Source of the DNA: Bdellovibrionia bacterium | GTDB taxonomy: Bacteria > Bdellovibrionota > UBA1018 | Assembly (NCBI GenBank): GCA_045805065.1 | Contig: JBJMMA010000011.1 | Span: 1-10,276, forward strand | Reading direction: 5' to 3' | DNA length: 10,276 nt | Shown: one piece after another, positions 7,228 to 10,276 of the stretch | Layout of the letters: the number at the start of each line of letters is the position of its first letter | How positions within the stretch are numbered: position 1 is the first letter of the stretch | Program-made: the position numbers and the translations under genes | The notes under the pieces: generated by a model | The model's database searches: none | Seen by the model: only the letters and a program-made list of their open reading frames with translations | What the model was told of the DNA's origin: nothing

Positions 7228-7791
7228 ATGAGTGAAACCAATTCAGGCGGAAACACCAGCGGCGCAAACTCTCTCCGACGTCAGTTGGAGATGACCCGTT
7301 TTGACCGTGCCATGGAAGTTGCGGAGAGCTTGGCAGATCATCGGGCGCTTCTGACGACTGCCGAGCTTGCTCGCATGAACAATATCCTGACTGGTAAACC
7401 ACAGGACTCGAGCGAAGAGCCATGGCGAGAAAAGCCAGTGACCGTCACACTTCCCTCAGGTCGCACGGAGACTCTTGCGCTGATCGCTGATCCGAAAATC
7501 ACCGCACGCGAAAAGCTTCATCATGCGACAGAGCTTGGCGAGAACGGCGCCGTCATCGACGCTGCTGTCGACATTTACGCTGCCCTGGTTCTTTCGCACG
7601 TCTTTGAAGACGCAAACCGCAGAACCGCAGCCCTTGCCGCTCATTACTTCTTGCGCCGCTATGGCGCGCCGATCTCAGGCCTTGCGCTCCATGAACTGGG
7701 CCTGGGCGACTTGCGCGAAGAAGGACAAATCGAGTCCCTTCGCGAAACCGTCACTCAGATGGCAAAGTTTGCCAGTAAAGCCAAAAAATAA
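7228..7791 (+). CDS. Fic/Doc family protein with a Doc-like active-site motif
   Basis: 187 aa with HVFEDANRRTA, matching the Fic/Doc signature HxFx(D/E)(G/A)N(G/K)R. It is preceded by the typical AAVDIYAALVLS helix. Confidence 0.9.
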   Translation: MSETNSGGNTSGANSLRRQLEMTRFDRAMEVAESLADHRALLTTAELARMNNILTGKPQDSSEEPWREKPVTVTLPSGRTETLALIADPKITAREKLHHATELGENGAVIDAAVDIYAALVLSHVFEDANRRTAALAAHYFLRRYGAPISGLALHELGLGDLREEGQIESLRETVTQMAKFASKAKK

Positions 7792-7792
7792 A

Positions 7793-7825
7793 AAAAGCCT
7801 GAAAGGTTTGACCTTTCAGGCTTTT
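7793..7825. terminator. Bidirectional intrinsic terminator between fic and ettA
   Basis: Perfect 15-bp inverted repeat AAAAGCCTGAAAGGT-TTG-ACCTTTCAGGCTTTT, flanked by an A-tract and a T-tract, between convergent genes. Confidence 0.9.
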
Positions 7826-7848
7826 GCTTTTTAAGAGTTCTGTAACGC

Positions 7849-9534
7849 TTATTCGTGCGTAAGTTTCTTGTACTTCACGCGCGTAGGCTTGAGAGCCTCA
7901 GCGCCCAGACGCTTCTTCTTATCTTCTTCGTACTCTTGGAAGTTGCCTTCAAACAACACAACGCGCGAATCCCCTTCGAACGCCATGATGTGCGTGCAGA
8001 TACGATCGAGGAACCAGCGATCATGGCTGATGATCATCGCGCAACCCGCAAAGGTTGTGAGCGCATCTTCCAGCGCACGAAGCGTGTTCACATCCAGGTC
8101 ATTGGTCGGTTCGTCGAGAAGAAGAACGTTTCCACCGGACTTGAGCATCTTGGCCAGGTGAACACGATTGCGTTCACCGCCTGAGAGCGATCCAACTTTT
8201 TTCTGCTGGTCTGAGCCCGTGAAGTTAAAGCGCGCGCAATAAGCACGCGATTGGACTTCGCGGTTACCCAGCATGATCGTTTCGTTCTTACCGTCAGAGA
8301 TTTCTTCCCAGACGGATTTCTCAGGATCCAGCGCGTCACGGTTCTGATCCACATAAGCAAGCTTCACGGTATCGCCCACACGAAGCGTTCCGGAATCCGG
8401 CTTTTCCTGGCCCGTGATCATTCGGAAGAGCGTCGTCTTACCCGCGCCGTTACCGCCGATAATGCCGACAATTGAGCCCGCAGGAATCATGAACGAGAGA
8501 TCATCCATGAGAAGCTTGTCGCCGAAAGCTTTCTTCACGTCCTTGGCTTCGATGACCAGGTTTCCAAGGCGAGGGCCTGATGGAATATAGATTTCCATCT
8601 CCTCAACTCTTTCCGGACGATCTTCAGCCAGAAGTTTTTCGTAAGCCGAGACGCGCGCCTTGCTCTTGGCCTGACGAGCCCGTGGGCTCATGCGAATCCA
8701 CTCCAGCTCACGCTCAAGAGTCTTCTGACGCTTGGTCTCGGTCTTCTCTTCCTGAGCCAGGCGATTCTGCTTTTGCTCCAGCCAAGACGAGTAATTTCCT
8801 TCCCAAGGAATTCCGTGACCGCGATCGAGTTCCAGGATCCAGCCCGCGATATTATCGAGAAAGTAGCGATCATGGGTGACCGCCACAACGGTGCCCTGGT
8901 AATTTTTCAGGAACTGTTCAAGCCACCAAACAGATTCAGCGTCGAGATGATTGGTCGGTTCGTCCAAAAGCAGGATGTCCGGCTTTTGAAGAAGCAGACG
9001 GCAGAGCGCCACGCGGCGCTTTTCACCACCGGAAAGCTTGCTGACGTCCGCTTCAGGCGGCGGGCAGCGAAGTGCTTCCATGGCGATATCGAGCGTACGA
9101 TCAATTTCCCAGCCGTTCGCATGTTCGATCTTCTCCTGAAGCTCGCCTTGCTCGCCGAGAAGCTTTTCCATTTTGTCTGGATCCAGATCCGGATCCGCAA
9201 AGGAGTTCGTAATCTCTTCGTAGCGCTTGAGCCACTTCACGAGATCGCCCATTCCGGATGCGACGTTATCGCGCACGTTGAGCTTTGGATCGAGCTGCGG
9301 CTCTTGTTGTAAGTAGCCAACCGTGATGCCGTCGCCTGGACGAGCATCGCCGTTAAAATTTTTCTCGACGCCTGCCATGATTTTCAAAAGCGTCGACTTA
9401 CCCGCGCCGTTCAGACCGAGAACGCCGATCTTCGCGCCGTAAAAGAATGAAAGATAGATATCCCGAAGGACCTGCTTATTCGGTGGATAGGTCTTACCCA
9501 CCCCCTGCATAGAGAACGCAAACTTTTGTGCCAT
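7849..9534 (-). CDS. ettA: Energy-dependent translational throttle protein EttA (ABC-F)
   Basis: [99 protein letters not shown]. The true start is the ATG at 9534 (MAQKFAFSM, 561 aa). The ORF-track extension to 9630 runs into the palindromic element. Confidence 0.96.
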   Translation of the reverse strand: MAQKFAFSMQGVGKTYPPNKQVLRDIYLSFFYGAKIGVLGLNGAGKSTLLKIMAGVEKNFNGDARPGDGITVGYLQQEPQLDPKLNVRDNVASGMGDLVKWLKRYEEITNSFADPDLDPDKMEKLLGEQGELQEKIEHANGWEIDRTLDIAMEALRCPPPEADVSKLSGGEKRRVALCRLLLQKPDILLLDEPTNHLDAESVWWLEQFLKNYQGTVVAVTHDRYFLDNIAGWILELDRGHGIPWEGNYSSWLEQKQNRLAQEEKTETKRQKTLERELEWIRMSPRARQAKSKARVSAYEKLLAEDRPERVEEMEIYIPSGPRLGNLVIEAKDVKKAFGDKLLMDDLSFMIPAGSIVGIIGGNGAGKTTLFRMITGQEKPDSGTLRVGDTVKLAYVDQNRDALDPEKSVWEEISDGKNETIMLGNREVQSRAYCARFNFTGSDQQKKVGSLSGGERNRVHLAKMLKSGGNVLLLDEPTNDLDVNTLRALEDALTTFAGCAMIISHDRWFLDRICTHIMAFEGDSRVVLFEGNFQEYEEDKKKRLGAEALKPTRVKYKKLTHE

Positions 9535-9573
9535 AGGCTTATCTTTCTGACACATTCCGTCTTTGATTACCAG

Positions 9574-9806
9574 AAGGTGGTCGCCTACTTTTGGTAGCGA
9601 CACCGCGTCATAATTGCCGCACGTGAGCAAATCAAAAAGGAACTAAGCGTTGAGCTAAAAGCCCTCGTTGCGACTTCCTGTCGCATTCCCGTTCGGCATC
9701 CTGCCTGGGAACGACTCGGTTTTTAGCTCAACGCTTAGTTCCTTTTTGATTTGTTCAATTGCCGCGCTTTGACGCACATGCGCTACCAAAAGTAGGCGAC
9801 CACCTT
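9574..9806. mobile_element. 233-bp nested palindromic element (MITE/REPIN-like or structured RNA)
   Basis: Perfect 26-bp terminal inverted repeat (9574-9599 / 9781-9806), a 6-bp stem (9605-9610 / 9770-9775), a 40-bp inner inverted repeat with 2 G.T wobbles (9624-9663 / 9718-9757), and apical hairpins GCGAC-TTCCT-GTCGC and GGCA-TCC-TGCC. The structure is certain; mobility is inferred. Confidence 0.65.
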
Positions 9807-9859
9807 AATGAAAGCTCTTTCACTTGAGTTCATACGAACAACCGATTAGAAATGACTTT

Positions 9860-10276
9860 ATGCGCCGAACTTTACTTGCTCGTTTGCTTGTTTCTGTAGC
9901 CGCATTCACGACCTCGATGAACGGATCACTTCCAGGCATAGCCAGCTTAGGAGGTAGTTCCGCAAATGCGGCAGCCCTGACTCCCGCCAACTTTCCTGAT
10001 CTGGTCGAAAAAGTCCTGCCAGGTGTCGTCAACGTCAGCTCGACCACTGTCTCCATCCAACCCGTTTATGGAATGGACGAATTCATGCGCTTTTGGGGCA
10101 TCCCTCAGGAGCGTAAGCAGACTTCGCTGGGCTCAGGATTTCTCATCAATAAAGATGGTTTCCTAATCACGAACAATCACGTCGTCAGAGACGCAAAAGA
10201 AGTCATCGTCACGCTTTATGATAAACGCCAATTCAAGGCGAAGCTCGTTGGATCCGACCAAAAAACGGATTTAGCG
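9860..10276 (+). CDS. htrA: HtrA/DegP (Do family) periplasmic serine protease, 3'-truncated
   Basis: Not in the ORF track; translated manually as MRRTLLARLLVSVAAF...FPDLVEKVLPGVVNVSS...SLGSGFLINKDGFLITNNHVVRDAKEVIVTLYDKRQFKAKLVGSDQKTDLA. It contains the catalytic His (TNNHVV) and Asp (TDLA) motifs. Confidence 0.93.
   Translation, partial: MRRTLLARLLVSVAAFTTSMNGSLPGIASLGGSSANAAALTPANFPDLVEKVLPGVVNVSSTTVSIQPVYGMDEFMRFWGIPQERKQTSLGSGFLINKDGFLITNNHVVRDAKEVIVTLYDKRQFKAKLVGSDQKTDLA

Noticed and set aside
7528..7545. TELGEN in the Fic protein matching the inhibitory motif (S/T)xxxE(G/N)
   Set aside because: It lies only about 20 residues before the catalytic His, within the core fold, which is not where class II or III inhibitory helices sit. 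Probably coincidental.
7855..9312. Plus-strand ORFs inside ettA
   Set aside because: Antisense shadows of ettA with no independent evidence.
9535..9630. 32-aa N-terminal extension of EttA in the ORF track
   Set aside because: It runs into the palindromic element, and EttA homology begins at MAQKFAFSM (9534).
9574..9806. Interpretation of the palindrome as 6S RNA, a CRISPR array or a simple terminator
   Set aside because: The stems are far more perfect than in typical 6S RNA, there is no repeat-spacer periodicity, and it lies between divergent genes and is too long for a terminator. An Rfam scan is still needed to exclude 6S formally.
9820..10056. 78-aa minus-strand ORF
   Set aside because: Antisense to the clear htrA reading frame.

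Overview
Chromosomal housekeeping-type window from a bacterium of about 53% GC by eye. Gene content and repeat style suggest Bdellovibrionota/Oligoflexia, which is inference only. From left to right it holds: a 3'-truncated lipoprotein and a putative outer-membrane beta-barrel (translationally coupled, minus strand); a hotdog-fold thioesterase; a 73-aa extremely basic orphan protein; a complete N-degron (N-end rule) module, with aat convergent on and overlapping clpA and clpS upstream of clpA; a solo Fic/Doc protein; ettA; and the 5' part of an HtrA/DegP protease. The most unusual signals are non-coding. One is a 233-bp nested palindromic element (9574-9806) with symmetric internal loops and strand-specific G.T wobbles. 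The other is a covarying 36-38 bp hairpin motif present twice, in inverted orientation around clpS, each copy at nearly the same distance upstream of a start codon (clpA and fic). No CRISPR array, tRNA/rRNA gene, transposase or integrase is visible.
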